This document shows positions 1 through 10,137 of a DNA stretch of 37,929 nt, one piece after another. Location of the stretch: contig JBCBJQ010000055.1 of NCBI GenBank assembly GCA_038523235.1, forward strand, positions 1-37,929. Reading direction: 5' to 3'. This stretch comes from Cyanobacteria bacterium J06626_4. Lineage in GTDB: Bacteria > Cyanobacteriota > Cyanobacteriia > Phormidesmidales > Phormidesmidaceae. The notes under the pieces were generated by a model. The model was not told the origin of the DNA, did no database searches, and saw only the letters and a list, made by a program, of their open reading frames with translations. Within the stretch, counting starts at the first letter, position 1; the number at the start of each line of letters is the position of its first letter. A program made the translations under genes and the position numbers.

Positions 1-645
1 AAGAGAAACTATAGTATAGTTTCTCTTTCAGAAAAGCTTAAAGAAACTCGTTCTGCTGTAATGCGATTAAGCAATAATTTATCTCAGCTCAATGGACGTT
101 TATCCTGCCTGCAAGATAGTTTGCAGTTTCAGCTTACTTCATTGAATGAGAGAGTTCATAGAGTAGAAGCCAAGAACCATGTTGATTTCGTAGTTGATAA
201 ATGGAGGAATGGGTTATGGGACAAGTATCCACCTCTTATTAGCTTATATCTACTAGTCGAAGAGCTGCACTGGGGTGATTTTGGTGTTTATCGTCGTGCA
301 GTCAATGCTAACAGCAAGGTACATGAGTTAATTCAATATTTATGCAATCAAATTTTTCGAATCATTGAAGAAGAACTAGATCTACCTAAAAACAATCTTT
401 TTATAGTATCTGACTGGCTGAAGTCTGATGTCGATTTATCTGACGAGCAACGTGACATGCTAATTTTTCTCTACTCTCAGGCAAAAATAAAAGAATCACC
501 ATTTGCATGGTCTATCGCAAGCTATGTTGATAATTATTCTCCACCTCACGTATTCAATGAGGTTCCTATTGTTTTGAGCCCTAGTAGAATTGTCGAGTCT
601 TTAATAGACGAATTTGCCGAAAGCCTAGGGAAAGATGATGGCTGA
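1..645 (+). CDS. YjcZ/RdcB-like protein, 5'-truncated by the window edge
   Basis: Frame is open from base 1 ([21 protein letters not shown]...). A coiled-coil stretch is followed by 'VVDKWRNG...[12 protein letters not shown]', resembling the recalled YjcZ family motif (W.AGRY...LEELRWG.FG). AT-rich. Confidence 0.6.
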   Translation, partial: KRNYSIVSLSEKLKETRSAVMRLSNNLSQLNGRLSCLQDSLQFQLTSLNERVHRVEAKNHVDFVVDKWRNGLWDKYPPLISLYLLVEELHWGDFGVYRRAVNANSKVHELIQYLCNQIFRIIEEELDLPKNNLFIVSDWLKSDVDLSDEQRDMLIFLYSQAKIKESPFAWSIASYVDNYSPPHVFNEVPIVLSPSRIVESLIDEFAESLGKDDG

Positions 646-1648
646 AAACCGAGAAAGAATTGGGTTGGTTCTATCAGGTGGGGGAGCTAGAGGAGCGTAT
701 CATGCAGGCGTCATTCATTATCTAGCCGAAAGCGGCATCAAAATAGATGTCGTTTCCGGCGCAAGTATTGGCGCTTTGAATGGTGCTTTGGTAGCAGCTT
801 CAGTTGATTTAGAAATGGCGGCCTGTCGTCTCCAAGACATATGGAATAAGCTTGCTGACGTTAGTCCTAGCAAACTGAATATAAATATACCTTCCTTTCT
901 TGCCTTAAAATTATTGGGAGAAGTCGCGTTCACATTAGGCGGAAAGCCACTTCAAAGTTGTGTTGAATATTTAAACTTGCCGCCCGAGAAAATTGGTCTT
1001 CTAGAGCAAGGTTATGTTGGAAATTTTTTGAAGAGCTACGTTAGCCCCGAAAGTCTTAAAGATGGCCTACCATTGTACATCTCTGTTTACAGAACTGCAG
1101 GTGCCTTGATTGATTTGGCAAATGTTCTGCTAGCTGCCATAAATATCAAGAATACGCAGCCTTCGGATTTTTTGCATATTCAGTCCATAGCATCTAATAA
1201 ACAGTTAGACATGATACTAGCCTCAGCTGCACTTCCTCTAGTGTTCGAAGCTAAGCATGGCTTTGCAGATGGTGGTATGGGCAGTTTTATAGATTCCCAA
1301 GGTAATACACCTGCTCATCCTCTAGTTCATCAAGAATGTTGTTCACATATCATAGTAACTCATTTAGATAATGGCAGTCTTTGGGATCGTTACAGGTACA
1401 AATTGTCTGAAGCTGTACTGCTTGAGATTCGGCCAAAGAAAGATATGCAGCGAGAAGGCTGGAAAGACTTGATCAGCTTTAACAGCAGTAGCATTCAGTA
1501 TTGGATTGAGCAAGGATATGAAGATGCCCAGAGATGCTTGGGCAGAGTAGGAGACTATATTGCATTACGTCACCTAGCAGGAGAAAGTCAGCGCGAGAAA
1601 AAAAGAGCTTTAAACGCTTTGAATATGGATGGTTTTGAGATTAGATAG
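635..1648 (+). CDS. Patatin-like phospholipase
   Basis: Has the [10 protein letters not shown] oxyanion loop, the GASIG (GxSxG) nucleophile, ASAALP and the catalytic DGG motif. Start overlaps the end of the upstream ORF, suggesting translational coupling. Confidence 0.93.
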   Translation: MMAENRERIGLVLSGGGARGAYHAGVIHYLAESGIKIDVVSGASIGALNGALVAASVDLEMAACRLQDIWNKLADVSPSKLNINIPSFLALKLLGEVAFTLGGKPLQSCVEYLNLPPEKIGLLEQGYVGNFLKSYVSPESLKDGLPLYISVYRTAGALIDLANVLLAAINIKNTQPSDFLHIQSIASNKQLDMILASAALPLVFEAKHGFADGGMGSFIDSQGNTPAHPLVHQECCSHIIVTHLDNGSLWDRYRYKLSEAVLLEIRPKKDMQREGWKDLISFNSSSIQYWIEQGYEDAQRCLGRVGDYIALRHLAGESQREKKRALNALNMDGFEIR

Positions 1649-1668
1649 CATTAAGATAGATTTGAGAG

Positions 1669-1694
1669 TAAAAAACGGGAAAAGTCGTTTTTTA
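1669..1694 (+). terminator. Possible weak A/T-flanked hairpin terminator after patatin
   Basis: TAAAAAACG-N8-CGTTTTTTA inverted repeat 20 nt after the stop; the GC stem is short. Confidence 0.3.
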
Positions 1695-1922
1695 TTATCT
1701 AAGTTCATTTATTGATACGTATAGAGTAGACGCTGGAGCCTGAAGTTGAACTAGATTTCATCGCTGGGTGAAACCCAGAAAACTCTATCTTCAAAATTTA
1801 GCTCCTAATCATAAAGCTGACATTGCATGGCTACTCAAGTCGCGGCTGCTTAAATTGTCCGTAAGAAAAGAGTCTTCATGGGGAAGATCGCAAAAAGGTC
1901 TCAGTTTATCGGTTGAAGACCA

Positions 1923-4900
1923 TTAAAGGCCATTACCAATCAGAATGAACGGTGCCCAGTAGTAGGGATGGGTGAGCTGGGCACCCGCGCGCAATTGTTC
2001 GCCCGCTGGAGTATTCACCACACCTAGCCCGCCGCGATCGCCCCCCAAAGTTTCAAAGTCACCGGTTAACATCGCCAACTGCGCTTGGCGTAGCGCTTCT
2101 GCCTTACTCAACCCAGTTTCTAGCGCACTGTAAAACGCCGACATCAACGCCTGCGTGCCGCCATCATCCACCACCCACAGCGACGCCACCACCGCTTTGG
2201 CTCCGCGCCGTTGAAACTGATACCCCAAGCCCAAAATCTGCTCACCGCTGTTGTCGTAGCCGCCGAGCCCAGTTTCACAAGCGCTCAACACCACCATGTC
2301 GATATTCGCTAGCGAAAGATCTTCAATACCTTTGAGCGTTAGCGTGTCGCCATTGCCAAAGAGGATGAATGAGGCTTCCGGATCACCGGGGACAAAATCG
2401 GCATGGGTGGCAAAATGTAGGACGTTTGCGCCGCCCAACTCCGCTTCCACCGTGGCGAGGTCAAAGCCGTCATTAAAGAGGGGCGTGATGTTGCCGAGCA
2501 TGTCAGCCAGTTGTTCCACCTCTTGCCCCGCAAACCAAAGCCCTCGGTAGTTTTGCCCCCGCACCGAATAGGCTACCGACTGATCGGCAAAGGCCCCCGC
2601 TAAGACGCGCGGGGTGGCCTGCGGGGCCGTATCAATCTCCGTCAGCGATTCGGCAGTGATGTTGTTGACGCGAAACCGTTCGACCAGCCAGCGATCGCCA
2701 TCATGCAGCGCTGCTAAAGGAACGTAGCGCAAGGAGCCATCCGGGGAGTAGAGAATGGTGTCGACCCCGGCGGCAGCGAGATCGGCTTCAAGCGGTTCCA
2801 CCAACCAGCGGTAGAGCTGTTGGGCTGGCCCCGTAGCATCGGCAGAGGGGTCGCCCAGGGCTTGGCGGAACGCCTGCACGGCAGTGTTGATATCGGCGCG
2901 GCCCACCCCCTCTACCGTGCGGTGAATCGGTTCTTGATCGGGGGTCGTAATAACGAGTTCGAGGCGGTCTTCCAGAATTAGCGGATAAAACAGCACCGCA
3001 TCCAAATTGGCCAGGTTATCCCGCAGGCCCGAGAGTTCTTCAAGCGCCAGCGATTGGCGCAGCTCTTGGCGGCTGAGCTGATCCAGCGCTGACTGCACGA
3101 CGTCACTGTCCACAAAGGCATTGAACTGTTGGGTGAGTTCTTTTTGCAGTTCCGTCAGCTGCAGCCGCCGGGCCTCTTCTTCGGGGGTGATGCCGCCTGC
3201 CGTTTTCAGCGCGTTGAGCTCAACCAGCTCGCTGCCCAGGGTAATGGCATCGGCCTGCAAGTCTTGATAGCGAGCCAAAATTTCGGCTTCTGGCTGCCAA
3301 TATTCGATGCCGCTCGCCGTTTGGGCATTACCCCGCACGTTGTTCAAATACTCATTGAGTTCTTGCACTTTCAGCAGGTCAAGCACCCGCTGGGCTTCTA
3401 ACACGCGATCTTCTTGCAGCAGTAAATCAGCCAGGTCGCGGTAGCTGGTCGCGATCGAGTCGGTATAGGACTTTTGCAGCGTTGGGTCGAGCCCCTGGAG
3501 GCTGCCGCGAATCTCTTCAAACGTATTCACGGCTTGCTTGTAAAACAGAATGGCTAGTTCTGGCTGGTCGGTATTTTCAAAGGCCCAGCCCAAATTAGAG
3601 AATGAACCCGCTTTACCGACGCGATCGCCAATCCGTTCTCGAATCACCAACGACTGCTCTAAATACGCGATCGCCTGATCAAATTGCTCTAGATTTAAAT
3701 TGAGCACGCCTAAATTATTCAGTGATGTCGCCTCTAGGTTTGATGAGCCGATGCGGCGATTAATCGCTAAGCTTTGCTCATAGGCCGATAACGCTTGGTC
3801 GTACTGGCTCAAATTGTCGTGGGCTAAGCCCAAGTTAAGTAAAAAAGCAGCTTCTGCAGCGGCCAGATCTAAGCCTTCAATGATCTCTAATGCTTGCTCA
3901 AAGATGGCAAGGGCCTGAGCATCTTCTTCCATGCGTAAATAGACGATGCCCATGCCGTTCAGTGCATCCGCCTTTTGTGCAGTTGCGTCGAGGCCGACGA
4001 TTGTCGTCTGCAAAAAAACATGAATGTCAACAGCTTGCTGATAGTAGTCCAGCGCTTGAGGATAATCCCCCAAATTTTCATAGGTGTTACCAATGCCCTG
4101 CAGGGCTGATGCCTCGAAAAACATCAGTCCTAGGTTCAACATCTGGTCTTCAAGTCCTAGGCTCAACACCTGGTCTCGATCGGTTTCATCTGTCTGATAG
4201 TCTCGACTCAGCGCTAAGGCATTTTGACTGGTTCTTAGACCTTGTTCATACTCGCCCAAAATGTTGTAAACAATACTGGTGTTGTTTAAGACAGCGATCT
4301 GCGTATTAAAATTACCTTCTATTTCTGCCTGATCAAAGGATCGCTGATAGTAGTCTAAGCTGGTTTCATACTCATCCAAATCGCTGTAGACGTTAGCAAT
4401 TTCTCCTAAGATTAAAGACTCATCCAGCGTCTGCATAGAGTCCTCAATTTCCTGGGCCAATAAGAGTGCTACTTGAAACGTTGTCAGCGCTTCAACAAAG
4501 TAACCTTTAGTGCGCTGCAGTTGACCCATACCAACTTGGGCTGAAAGTTCTCTGTCAGGGTCGGTCAGCTCGCGGCTGAGCGTAATTGTTTCTGTAAAGG
4601 CAGCGAGGCTAGCTTCATATCGGCCTACTTCGCCTAATAAGATGGCGAGACTGTTTAATTCAGTCATAAAGTAGGGCGACGGGGGGAGTTCTCTTAGGGC
4701 CGCGATCGCTTGCTCTATATAAAACAGTTCGTTTCGCTTATCACCTTGTTGGTAATAAACGTCGGAAATACCACTCGACGAGACTGCCCGACCAATGAAC
4801 TTGGCCTCTTGCAGTTCGGGCGTATCGGGCAGTGCGTCAAACGTGGCGATCGCCGTTTCATGGGCCGCGATCGCGGCCTCATACGCTTGCATTTGTGAAT

Positions 4901-5972
4901 ACCCTAAACCGACGAAATACCACCCAGAGCCTAATAAGCTATAAGGCTCTGAATTTTGATTGAATTCAACAAATTGTTTGAAATACTCCAGGCCCGTTTC
5001 GTATTCATTTTGTTCGTAGTAGGCGATCCCAATCAGATAGCGAGTACTGGCAGCTTCCGACTGGTTATCAATCGTTTGGTAAAGCGCTAAAGCTTGCTCA
5101 TAAGCCGCAATCGCCTCGGCATAATTGCCCTGTTCAACGAAGCGCTCACCCTGCGTAATCAGCTGATTGGCGGCAGAGGTTTGAATAGTTGGATCATCCG
5201 CCTGAGCAGGGACAATGCTGAGCTGATAGTCCCCACTCTCGCCCTCATACAAGGCATTAGCTAAAACCTGATAGCTGCCGGTTTCGGGCAACACCAGCAC
5301 AATCGCCGAATCCGTATCGAAGTCACTAATATCGTCGTTAGTAAACAGGTTTTCGCCCGCGCTATTTTGCAGAATCAAGTAGGTGTCAAAGTCGGCGCTG
5401 GTCAAGGTGAGCACAACGGCTTGTCCGGCCTCACCCTCAAAGGTGTAGCGGTCATACAGGGTATTGTCATCAAGCAGCTCGTCACCCTTTTCTAGGCTGC
5501 CGGTCACGTTGAGAATGACATCTCCATCCTCAATGACGTTTCCATAGTCGGTCATCTGCTGCTTTGGGGCGGCGGTCAGCGGCGCTGCTACTTTCACTGG
5601 TAGGGTTTTGGCTAGAACGGCCTCTTCGGGTCGGCTGGCCGTGATCAGGTCTAGCGCCTCTTGACGCGATCGCAAACGACCGGCCTCTGCCTGGCTCAGG
5701 TCGCTGACCCAATTCGGCTGCTGACCCCAGTGACGGGTCCTCAAACTTGAAGTCGGATAGCCCGCATGAGATGCCTCTGGCCCGCTCGGTGAGGTCTGGG
5801 GATGAGCGGTTGCAATATTATGAAGGGCTCTAGGCGCTCGCGCTCGCTCCGCTAAAACTTGAGCCCCAGCCGGTCGCGGGCTAGCGGGAATAGCCACAGC
5901 AGCGGCAGTCAGCAAACTCAGCCACTTGATCAATAGAGACATCTTAACTTGGGGTAAAACTGGCACCAGCAT
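1923..5972 (-). CDS. PPC-domain / TPR-repeat / CHAT (caspase-HetF-like) protease
   Basis: Hydrophobic N-terminus. PPC-like 'YDRYTFEGEAGQAVVLTLTSADFDTYLIL..NDD'. Many TPRs (e.g. SLNNLGVLNLNLEQFDQAIAYLEQSLVI). CHAT catalytic motifs LHFATHA and VVLSACETGLG, plus SLWVVDD and the C-terminal HPYYWAPFILIGN. Confidence 0.93.
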   Translation of the reverse strand: MLVPVLPQVKMSLLIKWLSLLTAAAVAIPASPRPAGAQVLAERARAPRALHNIATAHPQTSPSGPEASHAGYPTSSLRTRHWGQQPNWVSDLSQAEAGRLRSRQEALDLITASRPEEAVLAKTLPVKVAAPLTAAPKQQMTDYGNVIEDGDVILNVTGSLEKGDELLDDNTLYDRYTFEGEAGQAVVLTLTSADFDTYLILQNSAGENLFTNDDISDFDTDSAIVLVLPETGSYQVLANALYEGESGDYQLSIVPAQADDPTIQTSAANQLITQGERFVEQGNYAEAIAAYEQALALYQTIDNQSEAASTRYLIGIAYYEQNEYETGLEYFKQFVEFNQNSEPYSLLGSGWYFVGLGYSQMQAYEAAIAAHETAIATFDALPDTPELQEAKFIGRAVSSSGISDVYYQQGDKRNELFYIEQAIAALRELPPSPYFMTELNSLAILLGEVGRYEASLAAFTETITLSRELTDPDRELSAQVGMGQLQRTKGYFVEALTTFQVALLLAQEIEDSMQTLDESLILGEIANVYSDLDEYETSLDYYQRSFDQAEIEGNFNTQIAVLNNTSIVYNILGEYEQGLRTSQNALALSRDYQTDETDRDQVLSLGLEDQMLNLGLMFFEASALQGIGNTYENLGDYPQALDYYQQAVDIHVFLQTTIVGLDATAQKADALNGMGIVYLRMEEDAQALAIFEQALEIIEGLDLAAAEAAFLLNLGLAHDNLSQYDQALSAYEQSLAINRRIGSSNLEATSLNNLGVLNLNLEQFDQAIAYLEQSLVIRERIGDRVGKAGSFSNLGWAFENTDQPELAILFYKQAVNTFEEIRGSLQGLDPTLQKSYTDSIATSYRDLADLLLQEDRVLEAQRVLDLLKVQELNEYLNNVRGNAQTASGIEYWQPEAEILARYQDLQADAITLGSELVELNALKTAGGITPEEEARRLQLTELQKELTQQFNAFVDSDVVQSALDQLSRQELRQSLALEELSGLRDNLANLDAVLFYPLILEDRLELVITTPDQEPIHRTVEGVGRADINTAVQAFRQALGDPSADATGPAQQLYRWLVEPLEADLAAAGVDTILYSPDGSLRYVPLAALHDGDRWLVERFRVNNITAESLTEIDTAPQATPRVLAGAFADQSVAYSVRGQNYRGLWFAGQEVEQLADMLGNITPLFNDGFDLATVEAELGGANVLHFATHADFVPGDPEASFILFGNGDTLTLKGIEDLSLANIDMVVLSACETGLGGYDNSGEQILGLGYQFQRRGAKAVVASLWVVDDGGTQALMSAFYSALETGLSKAEALRQAQLAMLTGDFETLGGDRGGLGVVNTPAGEQLRAGAQLTHPYYWAPFILIGNGL

Positions 5973-6298
5973 ATAACCCTGATTCGGGTCTATTTTGGCA
6001 CTTTTCTACCATCTTCGGGTTGATTGAACTTAGCCTTATCAGGAGAGCAATCGGAGTATTTTTGTAACCCAATTTGGTGGGGAATGCCGGGGTGTTGCGA
6101 TCTCGTCGTCGCTTCAGATAGCTTGAGGCTGCCGCCTATAGCGTCAGATTCCAGCCTACTATCGCCCTGTTGATTCCAGCCCAGTTAGCGGCATGGTGAT
6201 CCAACGTCATCAAGCTTTTCCCGAAACGCGATGTCTCACGCTTGAAACTAAGAAATGCAGCCTTCACAAACCATCCATAAGTGGACAAGGACTTGGCT

Positions 6299-7159
6299 AT
6301 GAAGCAAGCGGTTTATATCGGTATCGGCTTACTGTTAATCGGGTTAGCGAGCATCGCCTGCACATCTTCACCGTCGCAAAACGAGGCTTCTCCCGACACC
6401 TTTGAGACCTTTGCCCAATGGTGCCAAAACCGAGCCAGCCTACCATCAGCGACCCAGCATACAGTCGAAGCAATCTTAGACGTTGTCGGAACACAGCGCT
6501 GCCGCCGGGCTGAGGCCAAGCTAACAGACTCAAGCAAGCTCGACCTCTCGAATCGCAACATTGTCGATTTGTCACCGCTGACCAGTGTGGCTCACTTGAG
6601 CAGTCTTAATCTGAGTGCCAATGAGTTGGTTGATGTGTCGCCTCTGACTGACTTGACCCAATTGAGCAGTCTCAACCTTCAACAGAACCAAGTGACAGAC
6701 CTCTCGCCCTTGACTAATTTGACGCAGTTAACCGAATTGAGTTTGGTCAGCAATCAAATTGCCGACATCTCACCGCTGGCCGGATTAAGCAATTTAGCAG
6801 GACTCAGTATCGACAGCAATCAAATTGCCGACGTCTCACCGCTATCTGGATTGGCCAATTTAACCGAGTTGAGCTTGAGGAGAAATCAAATTGTTGATGT
6901 ATCGCCGTTAGCGACATTGACTCAACTATATCGACTGCATTTGAGTGACAACAGGATTGTGGATGTCGCCCCTTTAGGCAATTTAAGGCAGTTAGAATTT
7001 TTGGAACTCGAATCCAATCAAATTGTCGATGTATCACCCTTAGCAACGCTTGACGGCGTCCTTGCCGTCAGCTTGATCGACAACCCCATTCGCGATCGCA
7101 CTTGCCCTGTGCCGTTAGGCAATGCTTGCTCTTTTGAACTGCCACCGAGACCTGAATAA
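6299..7159 (+). CDS. Internalin-like leucine-rich-repeat lipoprotein
   Basis: ATG at 6299 preferred to GTG at 6281. Lipobox-like LASIAC after a hydrophobic stretch. About 9 22-aa LRRs (LxxLxLxxNQIxDxSPLxxLTQ). Confidence 0.88.
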   Translation: MKQAVYIGIGLLLIGLASIACTSSPSQNEASPDTFETFAQWCQNRASLPSATQHTVEAILDVVGTQRCRRAEAKLTDSSKLDLSNRNIVDLSPLTSVAHLSSLNLSANELVDVSPLTDLTQLSSLNLQQNQVTDLSPLTNLTQLTELSLVSNQIADISPLAGLSNLAGLSIDSNQIADVSPLSGLANLTELSLRRNQIVDVSPLATLTQLYRLHLSDNRIVDVAPLGNLRQLEFLELESNQIVDVSPLATLDGVLAVSLIDNPIRDRTCPVPLGNACSFELPPRPE

Positions 7160-7381
7160 ACAGCATTGGCTCAGGACAATCGCTGTTGTGATGAGCTTGC
7201 TCACTGGCTTTGCAACGGCAGCTTCATTTTCGAAGACCGCCCTCATGGAACGATGCCGAGATGGCCTTTGATGATGGCAAAACCAGATGGCCACGGTGTC
7301 GCATACCGGCAGGCCAATCAGGGCGATCGCACGATGAATAAAACAGGCTACGCTTGACCTCGTTGCATAGGCAGAGACGTT

Positions 7382-9532
7382 TTGGGCAGCGGGTTGCGAA
7401 TCGTGATGGCGATACTGTTGGGATGCTGGCTATGGCTGGTGGCCCCGGCGATCGCCGGGGCTGCCGATACCGCATCGGCACCACTCTCCATCGCGGCGTT
7501 ACAGGCCCGGATTGACCAGCCAGTGCGGCGCGATGGCAAACTGACCCTTGATCTCCGCGACGTGGTGCTCGATTTGCGTCCGGAGAATGGGGACTTTGGC
7601 GATCGCTTTTATCGACTGTTGCAAACAACGCTGCAGCGGGGCGACACGGTGTTCAACCTTGACCTGAGTCATGCCTTTGTGAAAGGCGAATTTGACCTGC
7701 AGCGGCTGAGCCTGCGGGAACCGCTGTATGGTGATGCCTTCTTTCCCCTGCTGAGCGATCAGGAGCAGTCACAGCTCAAACGCGATCGACGGCGGCTGTT
7801 TCAGCTCAGTCAACTATCGCGATCGCTGTTGCTGCAGTCTCAAACAACAGCAGCTCGCATCTATCTGTTTCGCGGTGGCTTGACGATGGCGCAGACCCGC
7901 TTTGAGGGGCCAGTGCTCGCATCAGACATCTTTTTTCTGGAAGCCGTCGCTGCTCAAGGGGCGCAGTTTGAGCAACGCGTCGACTTTAGCGACAGTCGCT
8001 TCAGTCAGTCGGTGACGCTGGTGGCAAGTCAGTTTCAACAAGCAGCGCGCTGGCGTGGCTGTCTCTTTTTTAACCGCTTGCGCTGGGGTCAAGCGATCTT
8101 TCAAGGGCCGGTGACATTTCAGGGTAGTGAGTTTTCGCAAAGTGCCGGATTCGAGCAAACGCGCTTTCAGCAGGGGGCTAACTTCAGCCGCACCACCTTT
8201 CAAAAGAACGTGGATTTTGGCCAAACCTGGTGGCAAGCCAATGGTTCGTTCTTAAACAGTGTCTTTGGCGGGGATGTCTTTTTAACGGAAGCCCGCTTTG
8301 AGGCTCCCATAAGTTTTCGGCAGAGTCGGCTTAGCCGGGCGATGAATCTGCGAGGGGCGATGATTGAGCGGCAGCTCGACTTTGGCGATATGACGTTTGG
8401 GCCGCAGACGCGCATCAACGTAGCGGGGCTGAACTTTGATACCGAGCAGGGGGGGCTACTGGGCAGTCCGGGGCAAATCGGGCGGGTGCTGTCGGTGCCC
8501 AGTTTGGAAGGTAACGAAACGCTGCTGCGCAATCTGGTGCGCAACTTTCGTCGGTTAGAGCAGGTGGCCGACGCCAACCGCATTGAATATACGACGGAAC
8601 GACTGCGGCTGCGATCGCTGCAGCGCCAGCTGACGGGCATTAATCTCAATACGGCATCGCGATCGCGACTGCAGGCCGTTGGCTTCTCCCCTGAACAGAG
8701 CCAGACGATTCTCGATCAGCGTCAGCAGCTATCCTTCGTCAATCCGTCCGACATCCTCGATTTACCCGGCTTCAACCTATCTACTTACATCAAGGTGCGC
8801 GATCGCGTCATTGCCCGCTCGGCAGTTTCACTCTCGAAACGGCTACAGCTCGGTCTGTGCTGGTTAGCTTTATCGGCGCTGCTGCTGCTGAGTCACTATG
8901 GCACCAGCATCGGCCTGACTCTCGGGGTGGGAATTTTGGCGATCGCCCTCTCTAGCCTGCTGTTTTGGTGGGTTGATCGCTACCGTCGCCGACTGCCGAT
9001 CCCCATTATCCCCTCCCGCCCTGAAACTCTGTGGATGCTGGGCAGTTTTGGCGGCTTATTTAGTCTGGGGTTGTTGGTGCTGTGGCGACTGGCCGACACG
9101 CCCGGTTTTGCCACGTTGGCGATTGTCCTGTTGGTGCTGCCTATCCCCAGCGGACTGATGGCAGTGCTGTATCGCCAGGGTCGTTTTCACAACCAGCTCG
9201 ACACCAGCTACCTGGTCGAAGATGGCAGCGCCCGCCAGCTCCGATTGCTCATTGCCCGTCTGCCAGTGATTCCCAAGTTTCCGTTTTATCGCGATCGCTT
9301 CTACCCCATCGACTGGCAAAAGCGCCGCAACTGGCTTAACTATTACGACTTCAGCCTCAACAACTGGTTTAAGTTTGGCTTCAACGATTTGCGGCTGCGC
9401 GATGCCGATGTGCCCGGCTTGGTCACGGCCCTAGTGTGGTATCAATGGGCGATCGGGCTCGCCTACGTCACACTGTTGCTATGGACCTTCTCCCGCACCA
9501 TTCCCGGTCTTAATTTACTGCTGTATTTTTAA
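7382..9532 (+). CDS. Pentapeptide-repeat membrane protein with ComEA-like helix-hairpin-helix and C-terminal TM/pore-like region
   Basis: Signal peptide (APAIAG). Ten-residue-period AxFxxxxF repeats. HhH-like INLNTAS...ILDLPGF. Several TM helices. Start may be the ATG at 7406. Confidence 0.8.
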   Translation: MGSGLRIVMAILLGCWLWLVAPAIAGAADTASAPLSIAALQARIDQPVRRDGKLTLDLRDVVLDLRPENGDFGDRFYRLLQTTLQRGDTVFNLDLSHAFVKGEFDLQRLSLREPLYGDAFFPLLSDQEQSQLKRDRRRLFQLSQLSRSLLLQSQTTAARIYLFRGGLTMAQTRFEGPVLASDIFFLEAVAAQGAQFEQRVDFSDSRFSQSVTLVASQFQQAARWRGCLFFNRLRWGQAIFQGPVTFQGSEFSQSAGFEQTRFQQGANFSRTTFQKNVDFGQTWWQANGSFLNSVFGGDVFLTEARFEAPISFRQSRLSRAMNLRGAMIERQLDFGDMTFGPQTRINVAGLNFDTEQGGLLGSPGQIGRVLSVPSLEGNETLLRNLVRNFRRLEQVADANRIEYTTERLRLRSLQRQLTGINLNTASRSRLQAVGFSPEQSQTILDQRQQLSFVNPSDILDLPGFNLSTYIKVRDRVIARSAVSLSKRLQLGLCWLALSALLLLSHYGTSIGLTLGVGILAIALSSLLFWWVDRYRRRLPIPIIPSRPETLWMLGSFGGLFSLGLLVLWRLADTPGFATLAIVLLVLPIPSGLMAVLYRQGRFHNQLDTSYLVEDGSARQLRLLIARLPVIPKFPFYRDRFYPIDWQKRRNWLNYYDFSLNNWFKFGFNDLRLRDADVPGLVTALVWYQWAIGLAYVTLLLWTFSRTIPGLNLLLYF

Positions 9533-9564
9533 TGGATACACCCGATAGATCTGGCCGCGAATCC

Positions 9565-10077
9565 TCAAAGACGGCAGGCCATCACGGTTGACGACAGGCG
9601 ATCAGTGCCAACGTAGAGAGTCGGGCCAACACCTTTCGGCTCCATACCCACCTTTTTGTAAAAGGCTTGGGCTCGGTAATTGATATCTGAAACACAAAGC
9701 CATAGCCACTTTTTCTCGGCATTGCGCGCGGTTTGGGCCGCATGGTCAAACAAAGTCCGACCCAACCCCGTGCCGTACTCGCTCACAAGAATATAGAGCT
9801 GCTTGAGCTCCGAGGCGGCCCCCTCTAGCTCTATGGGACAGGGGTGATGTTTCAGCACGTAGAATCCTTTGGGCTCACCCTGACGACGCGCAATCAGGCA
9901 AACGACCTGTTCATCCGAGAGTACGTTTGTCGCGATCTCCGGAGTGTAGTGCTCGGCGCTATAAGCCTGCAGATTTTCCGAGCTGTGAATGTCGGCATAA
10001 GCAGCGGTGAAAGTATCTCTCCACAAGCGCACCAGCTCATCGGCAGCGGCCATTCCTGCTTGTTGCAATTCCAGCAT
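9565..10077 (-). CDS. GNAT family N-acetyltransferase (PaiA-like)
   Basis: ELKQLYIL..EYGTGLGRTL acetyl-CoA motif and WLCVSDINYRAQAFYKKVG. ATG at 10077 chosen as start. Confidence 0.88.
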   Translation of the reverse strand: MLELQQAGMAAADELVRLWRDTFTAAYADIHSSENLQAYSAEHYTPEIATNVLSDEQVVCLIARRQGEPKGFYVLKHHPCPIELEGAASELKQLYILVSEYGTGLGRTLFDHAAQTARNAEKKWLWLCVSDINYRAQAFYKKVGMEPKGVGPTLYVGTDRLSSTVMACRL

Positions 10078-10137
10078 GGCTGGCTCAATCCTCAACGCAT
10101 CGCTGAAATCATAGACAAGATTTAACTCAATATTGGG

